From assembly GCA_964552295.1 (NCBI GenBank), contig CAZKFV010000121.1, forward strand, positions 2,227-66,226: a stretch of DNA of 64,000 bases, written 5' to 3'. Each line of letters begins with the position of its first letter. The stretch's first letter is position 1. Under the pieces are notes generated by a model. That model did not search any database. It worked only from the letters and a program-made list of their open reading frames with translations, and had not been told where the DNA came from. This document shows positions 46,060 to 55,610 of the stretch, piece by piece. A program made the position numbers and the translations under genes. This stretch comes from an uncultured Thermotogae bacterium. Lineage in GTDB: Bacteria > Bipolaricaulota > Bipolaricaulia > UBA7950 > UBA9294.

Positions 46060-47317
46060 GCTCTTTTCCTCCTATCATCAGCGAGCTATCCGGGGTAAAT
46101 CCCATCCTATGAAGATCTCGCAGTACTCCCATCCTTTCTAACCGGTCAGCCAAGTACTCCTGTGCATCTTTGGTGTCCAGAACCAATCTTTGGACCAGCT
46201 CCTCGACGAGTCTTCCTCGCACCACAAATACGTCACCGTCGCGCTCGATGCGAAACCCTTCCTCGTCGTCAAACCTGTATACTCGGCGCCTAAGCCCACT
46301 TGGCTGCTCGGGGCCCGCTGCCCTAAGCGCCTGCAATCTATCATACGTTCTATTTATGAGCTCACGCAACCCAGAGCCTGTAGCTGCAGATATTGGAATA
46401 AGGTGGACACCAATAGTCGCAAAACTTTCAATTTCCTCTTCAATTACATCCTCGTCAAGTAAATCGACCTTATTGCCTACTACAATCTGTGGCTTCTGGC
46501 TCAGATCCTCGCTGAAAGCTCGTAGTTCCTCGTTGATACTCCTGTAGTCCTCAAGCGAGTCCCGTCCTTCCAGCTTACCCAGATCAATCATATGAATCAA
46601 TAACCTTGTACGCTTTACATGACGCAGGAACTTGTCTCCCAGACCCTTTCCAGAGTGGGCTCCTTCAATCAACCCGGGAATATCTACTGCTACAAACTGA
46701 TGACGGCCGTCTACATCAACAACACCAAGGTTGGGAGAGATTGTCGTAAACGCATAATCGGCTATCTTAGCCTTTACCCCTGAAATACGCGAAATCAGGC
46801 TTGATTTCCCAACGTTCGGATAGCCAATGATGCCAACATCAGCCACCAGGCGCAGCTCCATGCGCAATGTACGCTTTTCGCCTGGAAGGCCTCTCTCACA
46901 GATCCGTGGGGCCTGTCTAGTTGGTGTTACAAAACCACTATTTCCACGGCCGCCTTTGCCGCCCCTAGCAACAACTACCTCTTCATCCGCTTCCATCAAA
47001 TCAGCAATGAGTCCTTCAGTATGCGTATCACGAACGATAGTTCCAACAGGGACGTAAACTACTACCGATTCTCCTCGAGCTCCTTTTCTATTGTTGCTTG
47101 CCCCATCTTCTCCCTGGCCGGCTGAATAACTAGGGCGGTTACGAAACTGATATAGCGTAGAAACACTTAGCGAGCTACGGATTATTATTTCACCGCCATC
47201 CCCACCATTTCCGCCATCCGGTCCCCCTTTCCGGTTGCTCTTGGTGGATATGAAACGGATCACCCCGTTTCCGCCGCGTCCTCCTACAACACGGATCGTC
47301 GCTTCATCAATGAACAT
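46043..47317 (-). CDS. obg: GTPase Obg/CgtA
   Basis: Has the Gly-rich Obg N-domain (VVGGRGGNGVIRFISTKSNRKGGPDGGNGGDGG), the G domain (GYPNVGKSSLIS) and an OCT domain. Confidence 0.93.
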   Translation of the reverse strand: MFIDEATIRVVGGRGGNGVIRFISTKSNRKGGPDGGNGGDGGEIIIRSSLSVSTLYQFRNRPSYSAGQGEDGASNNRKGARGESVVVYVPVGTIVRDTHTEGLIADLMEADEEVVVARGGKGGRGNSGFVTPTRQAPRICERGLPGEKRTLRMELRLVADVGIIGYPNVGKSSLISRISGVKAKIADYAFTTISPNLGVVDVDGRHQFVAVDIPGLIEGAHSGKGLGDKFLRHVKRTRLLIHMIDLGKLEGRDSLEDYRSINEELRAFSEDLSQKPQIVVGNKVDLLDEDVIEEEIESFATIGVHLIPISAATGSGLRELINRTYDRLQALRAAGPEQPSGLRRRVYRFDDEEGFRIERDGDVFVVRGRLVEELVQRLVLDTKDAQEYLADRLERMGVLRDLHRMGFTPDSSLMIGGKELELEA

Positions 47318-47361
47318 TGATCATCGCAAGGAAGCTTATGCAATTCATACGTACTTGAAGA

Positions 47362-47634
47362 TTAGCCCTTCTGAGCTACGGCTTGCTGAGCGGGGAGGAC
47401 ATTAACGTATTTCTTCTTCTTACCGGCAAACTCAACGAATCCAGCAGCCGTCGCGTAGATCGTGTAGTCTCGCCCTATACCTACGTTCTTTCCCGTTGCA
47501 AATTTTGTACCGCACTGCCGAATTATTATAGTTCCTGAGTTAACCCACTCGCCGCCAAAACGCTTCACCCCTCTGCGCTGGCCCGGACTATCATGCAGAT
47601 TATGGGTTGACCCTGTACTTGTCTTATGTGCCAT
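47362..47634 (-). CDS. rpmA: 50S ribosomal protein L27 (no N-terminal propeptide)
   Basis: The N-terminus MAHKTSTGSTHN...GVKRFGGEWV...IIRQCGTKF is the mature L27 sequence. Confidence 0.93.
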   Translation of the reverse strand: MAHKTSTGSTHNLHDSPGQRRGVKRFGGEWVNSGTIIIRQCGTKFATGKNVGIGRDYTIYATAAGFVEFAGKKKKYVNVLPAQQAVAQKG

Positions 47635-47647
47635 TGATTACTCCTTA

Positions 47648-47971
47648 CTAAACTTGTATACCCACTGTCTCTTCGTGCACGGCCAAGTCTTGCGCGTACT
47701 CGATTGCCAGCTGCTTAAGACCAATGACCAGCGTCTCCATAATCGCATCGATCTCCCTGTTCAGGTGCGGGGCGCTGCGATCAACTGATAGGGTCATTAC
47801 CTTTCCAGCAGAGTACCCAGGAGCAAGATGCAGATAGCCTGTCATTGAGGCAACACTTGCCTCAATAAACCGCAAAGCGGCCACGCCGGGACCACTACTA
47901 CAATCTATCCCTTGCCCGTTCAGCCCAAGAATACGATTATGCTCATCTCGTGAAACAACTATCTCTCCCAC
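47648..47971 (-). CDS. Prp-like (DUF464) protein in the rplU-rpmA position; a possibly degenerate ribosomal-processing cysteine protease
   Basis: A 107-aa ORF in the conserved slot between L21 and L27. It retains a Cys (GIDCSSGPG) but has no obvious catalytic His in the GHAG position. Confidence 0.45.
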   Translation of the reverse strand: MGEIVVSRDEHNRILGLNGQGIDCSSGPGVAALRFIEASVASMTGYLHLAPGYSAGKVMTLSVDRSAPHLNREIDAIMETLVIGLKQLAIEYAQDLAVHEETVGIQV

Positions 47972-47982
47972 GTATCTCTCCT

Positions 47983-48297
47983 CTAGGCCTCGATGGCATT
48001 TATTCTTGTCTTCATGTACAGCTGGCGATGCCCTTGCTTGTGACGGTAGCCTTTCTTGCTCTTATACTTGTAAACCACTATCTTCTCACCTTGGCCCTGC
48101 TCACGAACCTCTCCAGTGACCTTAGCATCTTCCAAATAAGGCGTTCCAACCTCAACCCGGCCATCATCAACAAGCATAAGCACTTTATCGAAGGTTACCA
48201 CGTCTCCAGCGCTTAGTCCGCTGACCAACTCATGGTCAAAAAGACCTCCGTTTTCTAACCGGTACTGCTTACCACCCGTTTCAATTACTACATACAT
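47983..48297 (-). CDS. rplU: 50S ribosomal protein L21
   Basis: Begins MYVVIETGGKQYRLENG; the product is 104 aa. Confidence 0.93.
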   Translation of the reverse strand: MYVVIETGGKQYRLENGGLFDHELVSGLSAGDVVTFDKVLMLVDDGRVEVGTPYLEDAKVTGEVREQGQGEKIVVYKYKSKKGYRHKQGHRQLYMKTRINAIEA

Positions 48298-48354
48298 GGA
48301 TTTTGCACCTCAATTGATCCAATTTTAGCTATATAAATCGCCCTTTTCAACGAC

Positions 48355-50301
48355 TCAGCTTATCCTTGTTCCCGGAAGAACCTCACGGTCCGTGTTTAGA
48401 AGCGAAACTTCCGCCCCTTTCCCGGCTGCAAGCAGCATCGCTTCAGACTTCACCCCATGGATCACTCCTGGCTCAAGGTTCACCACAACAATCACTTCCC
48501 GCCCGATCAGATCCTTAACCGAGTATATGCCTTTTATTCCGGCGACACTAGTCAGCTTTCTTTTTCCAATGTCAATCTCCAACTTGTACAGACGTTCAGA
48601 GCCAGTCATGTCATCAACAGATAATACTTTGCCTACCTGTATATCAAGGCGAGAGAATTCTTCCAATGGTATACGCTTCTCATGAAGAACCTCTGCTTCA
48701 GCCTCCATCTTTTTTACATCTATCCTTTCAATGAGGACCCGCGATGCGCCGATCTTCATTCCCGCTGCTACGCAATCGATATCCTCCCAACGCGGGTCGC
48801 TAAACCCCATAATTTCTAAAACCTGAGTCGAGTAAACAGGAACGAATGGGCCAAGTAGTAACGCTATTGCCTTAACTAAGTGGAAAGCACTCGCCACTGC
48901 GCCATCGTCTGCGTTTGCCCAAGGGGCTTTCCTCTGGAAGTACTCGTTTCCAAAAACCGCAACAGCACAAACCTCTCGCAGAGCCTGGCTTAGGCTTGCC
49001 CCATCCATCGCCCGGGTATAGGACGTAACCGCGCTTGCTAGCCTATCGTTTACTTCGCTATCGATGGCGCTTTCAGGGACTACGTGTCCATATCGATCTT
49101 GCACAAAGGACAGCACCCGGTTAACCAAGTTTGCCACATTCGAAACAAAGACCCCGTTAACCGCTTTCTGCAACTCGTCCCATGAGAAATTTACATCGCG
49201 CTCTTCGGGACGGTTATAGAGCAGATAGAATCTCCACAACTGAGGGTCCATCAAATGAAGGGCATCGTCGCAATAAAGCCCCAATCCGCGAGTCTTGGAA
49301 AAACTATCGCCATCAATCCAATTAAGATACTCAGTGGCAGCGATTTGGTCCGGCAGATGATATCCGCGGCCCGAGGCTATCAATTGACCTGGAAAGACCA
49401 GGGTGTGAAAGGGAATATTGTCCTTACCTATTGCGTAGATTTGATGAACATTCTCCCCAAACCAAAATTCCTTCCACCCATCGCCGCCATGGAAATGCTC
49501 AACTGCCGCTGACACATACCCCAAGGCGGCTTCGCCCCATACGTAGATCACTTTTCCTTCAGCCCCCTCAAACGGAGCTGGGATGCCCCACTTGATGTCA
49601 CGGGTCATGGCTCGCGGCTTCAATCCATCAGAGATCATCTGTTGGGTGAATTGGTGAACATTTCCCTGGAAGTCACGTGATGCTACGTAGGCCTGCAGCT
49701 GAGGCGCAAGCCTAGCAAGATCCAAATACCAGTGTACTGTCGGACGGAATTCAATATCGCCCTTTCCGCAGAAGCTGCAGAGCGGGTTGATCAACTCCTC
49801 AGGCTCAAGAATGGCTCCACAACTATCACACTGGTTGCCCAGGGCTCCGTGAGCTCCGCACTTCGGACACGTGCCCGAAATGAACCGATCCGCTAGGAAC
49901 AACTCACAATTACGGCAATAAGATCGATTCTCCTCCTTAGTTGTAATAAACCCATTTTCCTGCATGTCCAGGTATATTCGCTGCACAAAATCCTTATGAA
50001 CAGGAGATTCTGTTATAGTGTAATTATCGAAATGGATCCCAAACCCATCAATTATTTCACAAATCTTCTTGTGATTACGGTGGGAGAGTTCTGTTGGCGT
50101 AATCCCCAACTTCCTTGCCTCGTATTCGATGCGTGTTCCGTGTGCGTCACTACCGGAGACATATAGGACATCATGCCCCCGCAAACGGTAGTAACGAGCA
50201 AACACATCCCCAGAAAGCAGAGATGAGACAAGATTCCCCAGATGAGGAACTCCCGATGCATAAGGCCATGCACTGCACACTAACACTTTTTTCTTATCCA
50301 T
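48355..50301 (-). CDS. metG: Methionyl-tRNA synthetase with a C-terminal tRNA-binding (EMAP/Trbp111-like) domain
   Basis: Contains the HIGH motif (PYASGVPHLGN), a zinc knuckle (CPKCG...CDSCG), KMSKS-class architecture and a C-terminal LEEFSRLDIQVGKVLSV OB-fold. Confidence 0.93.
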   Translation of the reverse strand: MDKKKVLVCSAWPYASGVPHLGNLVSSLLSGDVFARYYRLRGHDVLYVSGSDAHGTRIEYEARKLGITPTELSHRNHKKICEIIDGFGIHFDNYTITESPVHKDFVQRIYLDMQENGFITTKEENRSYCRNCELFLADRFISGTCPKCGAHGALGNQCDSCGAILEPEELINPLCSFCGKGDIEFRPTVHWYLDLARLAPQLQAYVASRDFQGNVHQFTQQMISDGLKPRAMTRDIKWGIPAPFEGAEGKVIYVWGEAALGYVSAAVEHFHGGDGWKEFWFGENVHQIYAIGKDNIPFHTLVFPGQLIASGRGYHLPDQIAATEYLNWIDGDSFSKTRGLGLYCDDALHLMDPQLWRFYLLYNRPEERDVNFSWDELQKAVNGVFVSNVANLVNRVLSFVQDRYGHVVPESAIDSEVNDRLASAVTSYTRAMDGASLSQALREVCAVAVFGNEYFQRKAPWANADDGAVASAFHLVKAIALLLGPFVPVYSTQVLEIMGFSDPRWEDIDCVAAGMKIGASRVLIERIDVKKMEAEAEVLHEKRIPLEEFSRLDIQVGKVLSVDDMTGSERLYKLEIDIGKRKLTSVAGIKGIYSVKDLIGREVIVVVNLEPGVIHGVKSEAMLLAAGKGAEVSLLNTDREVLPGTRIS

Positions 50302-50778
50302 ACCTTCTCCAGTTCTATAACAATGATGTATTATACCTTGAAGCGAACCTGCCTTCTATCGAAGGACAAGCACCGCATGGTTTGGTGTCACGTTTCTCTG
50401 ACAACAATGCGCTACTACAGAGAGTAAACGCTTCACGAACAGCTATACGGATAGGTTCGATCTTGGAAGAGCATCGCCGTTACTATTCAAGGGAAAGCTT
50501 CAGGCACTAACTGCAGAACTATAGACCAGCTTTCTCCTAGCTTCATTCGACGCCCAATAGTTTCTATCCATCAGCATGTTTGCTTTTCGCAAACAACTTC
50601 CCTCTATCGTTAACTACAAGATGGTAACCGCTTTTATTAGCGCTGTGGTACGCTATAAATATCCTACTTCATAATCCTTGGCAGGCAAGCTTGTGCCTCT
50701 TTTCAAATGACCTTCCTTGCAAACCCAATTTCAGTAAGTGCCATCTTACCTGATCAAGCACTGCCCAGGTTAGTTGAT

Positions 50779-53700
50779 CTAGAATCTGGCTGCAATGAAA
50801 AGCTCTAATAGTAAGCTATTATAGAGCTCACCATCGCTCTTGGTCCCGGTCAGGTAGGATCCAGTGAGGGAAGTTTGCCATGTTTCAGAGATTGTTAGAT
50901 CAGCGCTCGTCTCCACCGATAAGCTGATATCGCGTTTCTCTTCTCCCGACGAGTAGCTTCCATCAACGTAAACACGAACCCCGAGTGGTTTGTAAAGGAA
51001 CCCTTCTCGAAATGGGTCCGTAGTGAAAGTATAGGTGTTATTAAGAGTGATGGTGAGATCATTAGTTTGGCTTGATCCAGATGAGCTACGTGCGCTAAGC
51101 CTTAAAGTATCCCTACTGCCGTCTGGTGGGGTCCAAGACAACGATCCAGTCAAAGTCATTGTTGTCGTCCCTCGCGACTCACCCCGATAGGTAACCAGAC
51201 TGGAGTTCTGTGAGTACGACAGGTTTGGCTTAAAGTCCGGTATTCCCGTGTAGGCTAAACTGGCCGAGATCCGATCCTTTATCTGCTCTCTATCTTGGCC
51301 GTACCCTGATACATCACGGGCAACCGATCCGTTTGCCGAGACATCGCTTACCGTCGCTTGTAAGCTAGCCTGGCCACCAAGCACAATCATCCCACCCTCC
51401 TTGTTAGCGTCAAGCGTTAGTCGTGGCGTCAGCCTGAAATCAGAGATCGAGAACGAAAAGACCCTGACGTCAAGGTCTGCTGTCTGAGCGATATCTATGT
51501 TATCGTCTGCAAGATTATGCGCGCCATCAACTTTGTACGCAAAGTCAGCACTAAAGCCCGTAAAGGAGTGTTTCACGCTTCCAGTAACACTCCATTTTTC
51601 ACTTCCACTTGCTCCAGTTAGACCAAAGCTCATCGGCCGGGCCCAGTTTCCCCTAATCCTAACCTCCGGCGTAATACTCCAGTCAACGCTTCCCGAGAGT
51701 CGGTTCTGACGAGGAGTGGAACTCCCCTCATTTCCACCATAGAAGGAGTCCGTCCACCCAAGCGATAGTGACAAGGAGTCCGATAATAATCTGTCCGATA
51801 AAGACAGCGCATAGCCAATCGTACTTCTTTCAAAACCGGGCACAAGAAAGTCATCGTTTACAAGGCTCTGGCTAATAGAAATGTCAGCATGGACACCAAG
51901 GTCAATAGAGAGCGAAGCCCTGTTCTCAAGTGTGTTTCGGGGATCTTCTGTTCTATAATCTATCTCGTAGAAGCTATGTGAGATAACTAGGTCTACTCCA
52001 TCCGAAACGTTGAAACTGCCATTCAATATCCATCCGGTCGAGTCACTGCGTGATGTCCTGCCAATGCTAGTGAATGTTGGTTGTAGAAGCTCGAAGCTTC
52101 CGGACAGTTTATAGCTATCCACGCTTCGATTGAAGCTAGCCCTAACCAAGACCCCCGTATCAGTGTGATCCAAAGCAGGTATATCTTTAAACCTGAAATT
52201 GTCATGGCCATCCAGATGCAGATCATAATTGTCAAATCGCTTTGAAGTACGGTCCTTGATAACCAATACTTCCATGTAGTAATCAGAATCAGCCCGGCAA
52301 CCCGCCCACAACGCACCATCAGGAGCCCTCCCGATTGCGGTTATAGCCATACCTTCTGTTTTCGATATGATGGTATCGCCATTGTACAGACCATCATTCG
52401 TCCCATAGTATATGTCATCGTTGTTCAAACAGACCGCATAGACCGGCCCATTTTCGAAGATCCAGCTTATGGCCCCCTTGTTTCCTCTCATTAGGCCAAG
52501 GCCATTGCTCGAGGCAATATATATGTTGCCATTGCTAGCAAGAAGGGCGTTAACCTTTTCGCCTACCGTTTCGGATACATGTTCGAACCTGCCGTTGTCA
52601 AAGTCTAGCGTGAACAGTCCGCTATCTGTACCAACATATAGCTCATCTTCACTCATAGCCAGGGCGTAAACCGTCGAAAACGCATCCGAGTTGTAGTTAC
52701 GATAACTAGCGAAATCATCCAGTGATTCCGTGGGTACCACAGCTATACCACCTTCCGTTCCAAGATACAGAATACCGTCACTAACTAACAAGGAATGAAC
52801 CGCCACGTCTGGCAACCCGTCGTCAGTATAGTATCGCTTCCAGTTTCCTACTTGATCGAATGGTGCCTCGCCAACTAGCTTGAGCTGGCTGAGGCCCGAT
52901 GAGGTTCCAAAATATATATTCTCTCCATCACGTGCCATCGTGTAGACTCGACTGCCCGACAAGCCGCTTGCCGCGCCGTACGCCGTCCATTCATCACCGA
53001 GGCCAACGCTTAATCCATTGAGGCTTGCAACAATTGTGTAGTCGCCTGCAACGACGATTGAACTAATTTGGTTTGGCATGCTCAAGCGTAGGTTGTCGTC
53101 GAACGGAAAGACATCGTTGTTGTACCCTACCGTAAAGCCAGCGCTAAAGCCATCCAAGTCAATAGTCCCAGCCACGCCGGAAACCGTATGAGTATTTGGC
53201 ATGGTGTGCATGGTTTCTCTGTCTTCACTCGAAGTAACGGAATCCGCTGCTTGCAACATGCTCAGATCGAGTGTTAGAGCTGGCGAGACGGGAAGAGTTA
53301 GCATCGCCCCGTAGAAATTTCTCGCGTATTCCGCGCTTGAACCTAGCCCCCCGCGTGACCGTTCGTAGTCGATCCGAATCGTATCCTTGTCTCCTATCTT
53401 GGAAAAAAGCACTAGAAGGCCAACATCATAGTCTATTGAATAGTCTTTATCACGAACAATAAGTTCCCCATTTAAGTATACCTTTTCGCTTGCAGGAACA
53501 ACCGATAACCCAAGATTGAATACATCTCCCGATATGCTATAATCGAAAGATACTAGAACTGCGCTATCTGGGTTTTCAAAGAAATCCGAAGGGAAGTCAA
53601 ACTCAATAATCCCCTCACCCTCATATGTATTCACTGAATAGCCAGCAAACAACGGCTCAGAAATATCTAAGAATGTCTCGCTATCTTGACTGATCTGTAC

Positions 53701-54759
53701 GGAAATCGAGTCTTCCATGATATTGGTCTTACCTAAGTAGTAAAAACGATGCCTAACAGCATCAGCAACAACATAGGAATCCCCATCAACCATCAAGCTC
53801 ACATGCTCTGCAAGCGAATACAGGAACCTCAATTCGTATTCGCTTCCGGTGTTAAATGGATACGTTTTGTACTCATCGCTATCAAACAAGTCATGTTCCC
53901 TGTTGTAAGTACTAATGGCTGAGGTAAGGTGCCTACGTAAAAGGGCATTTGGTTCTGACTTCAATATGAGATTATCGATATCCGATTCATCTGTCACTAC
54001 GCTATAACTGCTCGCGGAAACATCCACGGTAGGTGAGGTAGCAATGTCATCATACAGGTACCCCAGGCCATAATCAGCTAGCAGGCCTTTCAAGGCGTCT
54101 GTTGTGACAAATTCCAGGTTTACTTCGGAGAAATCAACAATGTAGGGCGCCGTTAACGGGTAAGCGTAAAGACCCGAAATATTCGTCTGATACGGCTTCG
54201 TAATCCACGGGGTATCAGGATATGAGGCAGCATATAAGACTTCGTCATGACCTGTTCTTCCCGTGAAGGTCTGTGACTCGGATATCCCCTCGATCTGTGA
54301 TACTATGCCAGTCAGGGTAGTTTCATCCCGCAGGTAGTCAAGGCGTAACCCCTTAAGCTTCTTGTTGTACACAGCAAACGCTTGCTGCCCCGATAAAGAA
54401 AAATCACCCAGTACACCCTTAAGATTATCTGTATCGAGGTTTATCGTCAGTGTTTGCATGCTAGAAGATTCTTGATCATTGAAGTGCGCGTTGATAGTCA
54501 ACACAGACAACGCTTCACCCTTGATATCCACAGCAAGCGACTGATCAAGCGAAAGCTGATATGCGCTTGCTCCCAACCTCGCTAATCCGCTGGCATCTCC
54601 AATCCCATAGCCCACCGTCCATGTCTTGCTTCCGGTGAGAGTAAGCTGATAGTTTTCCCCTTGTTCAGTCCTAGGAAAAGACTCCAGAGAGATCAGAAAG
54701 CCCAGTATGAACACAAAGAAGAAGAGTATAACATTTGTATTTGGTCTTAGGCGCTCCAT
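50779..54759 (-). CDS. Large (about 1326 aa) outer-membrane protein with a signal peptide, a two-component-regulator-propeller-like (Reg_prop/Y_Y_Y) beta-propeller and a C-terminal ~500-aa beta-barrel ending in Phe
   Basis: Starts MERLRPNTNVILFFFVFILGFLISLESF, a signal peptide, with a GGAGG RBS upstream. It has repeated GxxxGLxxxDG...Y/W propeller blades (IYFGTSSGLSQL, ILYLGTEGGIAVV, LYVGTDSGLFTL, IYIASSNGLGLM, IYYGTNDGLYNG). The C-terminal half is an alternating amphipathic S/T/G-rich segment that ends ...LLLELFIAARF. The ORF-track start at 54834 includes 25 aa before the signal peptide. Confidence 0.6.
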   Translation of the reverse strand: MERLRPNTNVILFFFVFILGFLISLESFPRTEQGENYQLTLTGSKTWTVGYGIGDASGLARLGASAYQLSLDQSLAVDIKGEALSVLTINAHFNDQESSSMQTLTINLDTDNLKGVLGDFSLSGQQAFAVYNKKLKGLRLDYLRDETTLTGIVSQIEGISESQTFTGRTGHDEVLYAASYPDTPWITKPYQTNISGLYAYPLTAPYIVDFSEVNLEFVTTDALKGLLADYGLGYLYDDIATSPTVDVSASSYSVVTDESDIDNLILKSEPNALLRRHLTSAISTYNREHDLFDSDEYKTYPFNTGSEYELRFLYSLAEHVSLMVDGDSYVVADAVRHRFYYLGKTNIMEDSISVQISQDSETFLDISEPLFAGYSVNTYEGEGIIEFDFPSDFFENPDSAVLVSFDYSISGDVFNLGLSVVPASEKVYLNGELIVRDKDYSIDYDVGLLVLFSKIGDKDTIRIDYERSRGGLGSSAEYARNFYGAMLTLPVSPALTLDLSMLQAADSVTSSEDRETMHTMPNTHTVSGVAGTIDLDGFSAGFTVGYNNDVFPFDDNLRLSMPNQISSIVVAGDYTIVASLNGLSVGLGDEWTAYGAASGLSGSRVYTMARDGENIYFGTSSGLSQLKLVGEAPFDQVGNWKRYYTDDGLPDVAVHSLLVSDGILYLGTEGGIAVVPTESLDDFASYRNYNSDAFSTVYALAMSEDELYVGTDSGLFTLDFDNGRFEHVSETVGEKVNALLASNGNIYIASSNGLGLMRGNKGAISWIFENGPVYAVCLNNDDIYYGTNDGLYNGDTIISKTEGMAITAIGRAPDGALWAGCRADSDYYMEVLVIKDRTSKRFDNYDLHLDGHDNFRFKDIPALDHTDTGVLVRASFNRSVDSYKLSGSFELLQPTFTSIGRTSRSDSTGWILNGSFNVSDGVDLVISHSFYEIDYRTEDPRNTLENRASLSIDLGVHADISISQSLVNDDFLVPGFERSTIGYALSLSDRLLSDSLSLSLGWTDSFYGGNEGSSTPRQNRLSGSVDWSITPEVRIRGNWARPMSFGLTGASGSEKWSVTGSVKHSFTGFSADFAYKVDGAHNLADDNIDIAQTADLDVRVFSFSISDFRLTPRLTLDANKEGGMIVLGGQASLQATVSDVSANGSVARDVSGYGQDREQIKDRISASLAYTGIPDFKPNLSYSQNSSLVTYRGESRGTTTMTLTGSLSWTPPDGSRDTLRLSARSSSGSSQTNDLTITLNNTYTFTTDPFREGFLYKPLGVRVYVDGSYSSGEEKRDISLSVETSADLTISETWQTSLTGSYLTGTKSDGELYNSLLLELFIAARF

Positions 54760-54767
54760 CTTTCCTC

Positions 54768-55610
54768 CTAGAAGCAAAAACTGATAGAAATCCGATGAGC
54801 GTTTGGAAACGATCCTCTTGTTATGTATGCCCAATCTGTCTGAAAACTGGAGAAACGCACTGACAGACCGAATGTCGCTCCAGCACCATCATAACCAACG
54901 CGCGCCGCTAATCCATCGACGTATACCTCTACGCCGGCGCGAAGCTTTGGAGAGGCAGAGAACAATCCCGCCCCTTCTACGCTAGCGTTTAATCCAACAT
55001 CTTCTCCAGGAGATGCACTAAGAGAAACCCCCAAGCGTGTTCTTGCAGTCCAGTCTTCAGTATGGGTATCAAAAGATATCGGCCGGCTGTAAGCATTCTC
55101 CACAAGCATACCCACTCTTATTACGTCAGTTACTATAAGAAGCGATGGGTCTAATGCCCACCCTGAACCGTCATCAGGGGAGGTGGCTCGGTAAACTTTG
55201 AGCCTTCCTCCAAACCCGACAGGGCCGATGCGAAATCCAGTAGAGACTATTCCTCCTCCACTTGAATAACGCAGCGTTTGCTCCTGCGTGTCTATCACTC
55301 CAGAATCCAGGTATAGAAAGGCCGCCCCAAAATATGGAAGAGCAAATTGAAGACAGCCGTAGTTGACAGCTCCAAACTGCCGCGCAAGAAGAGAAGAGAG
55401 TCTTATGCTGTTGATCCATCCAAGGCCAGCAGGATTGTAAAACACGGCGCTTTCGTCGTCTGCAATGGCTAAAAACGCCCCGCCCATACCCGTCGCACGG
55501 GCGGATGTCGAGAGTTCAAAGATCCCAGCAACGTCTGCATAACTATCGCCAAATGCTACCCATGAACAAATCGCTGTCAAGAGCAAGATCATAACCAATG
55601 CTACTCTCAC
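54768..55610 (-). CDS. Short FadL/OmpP1/PorV-like outer membrane beta-barrel protein
   Basis: Has a signal peptide and an N-terminal region ATGMGGAFLAIADDESAVFYNPAGL that resembles the FadL/TodX/PorV hatch-region signature (G.G.A...D.SA...NPA.L). The GTG start overlaps the upstream S8 protease stop (GTGA). Confidence 0.5.
   Translation of the reverse strand: MRVALVMILLLTAICSWVAFGDSYADVAGIFELSTSARATGMGGAFLAIADDESAVFYNPAGLGWINSIRLSSLLARQFGAVNYGCLQFALPYFGAAFLYLDSGVIDTQEQTLRYSSGGGIVSTGFRIGPVGFGGRLKVYRATSPDDGSGWALDPSLLIVTDVIRVGMLVENAYSRPISFDTHTEDWTARTRLGVSLSASPGEDVGLNASVEGAGLFSASPKLRAGVEVYVDGLAARVGYDGAGATFGLSVRFSSFQTDWAYITRGSFPNAHRISISFCF

Noticed and set aside
50115-50510. A 131-aa plus-strand ORF spanning the metG start and its upstream region.
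   Set aside because: It is antisense to the metG N-terminus and RBS, has no SD, and its arbitrary composition marks it as spurious.
50302-50778. A T-box riboswitch upstream of metG.
   Set aside because: The minus-strand leader lacks the AANNNGGGTGGNACCGCG T-box sequence. A GGTAACCGC element is present but on the non-transcribed strand, and the distance and geometry do not fit.
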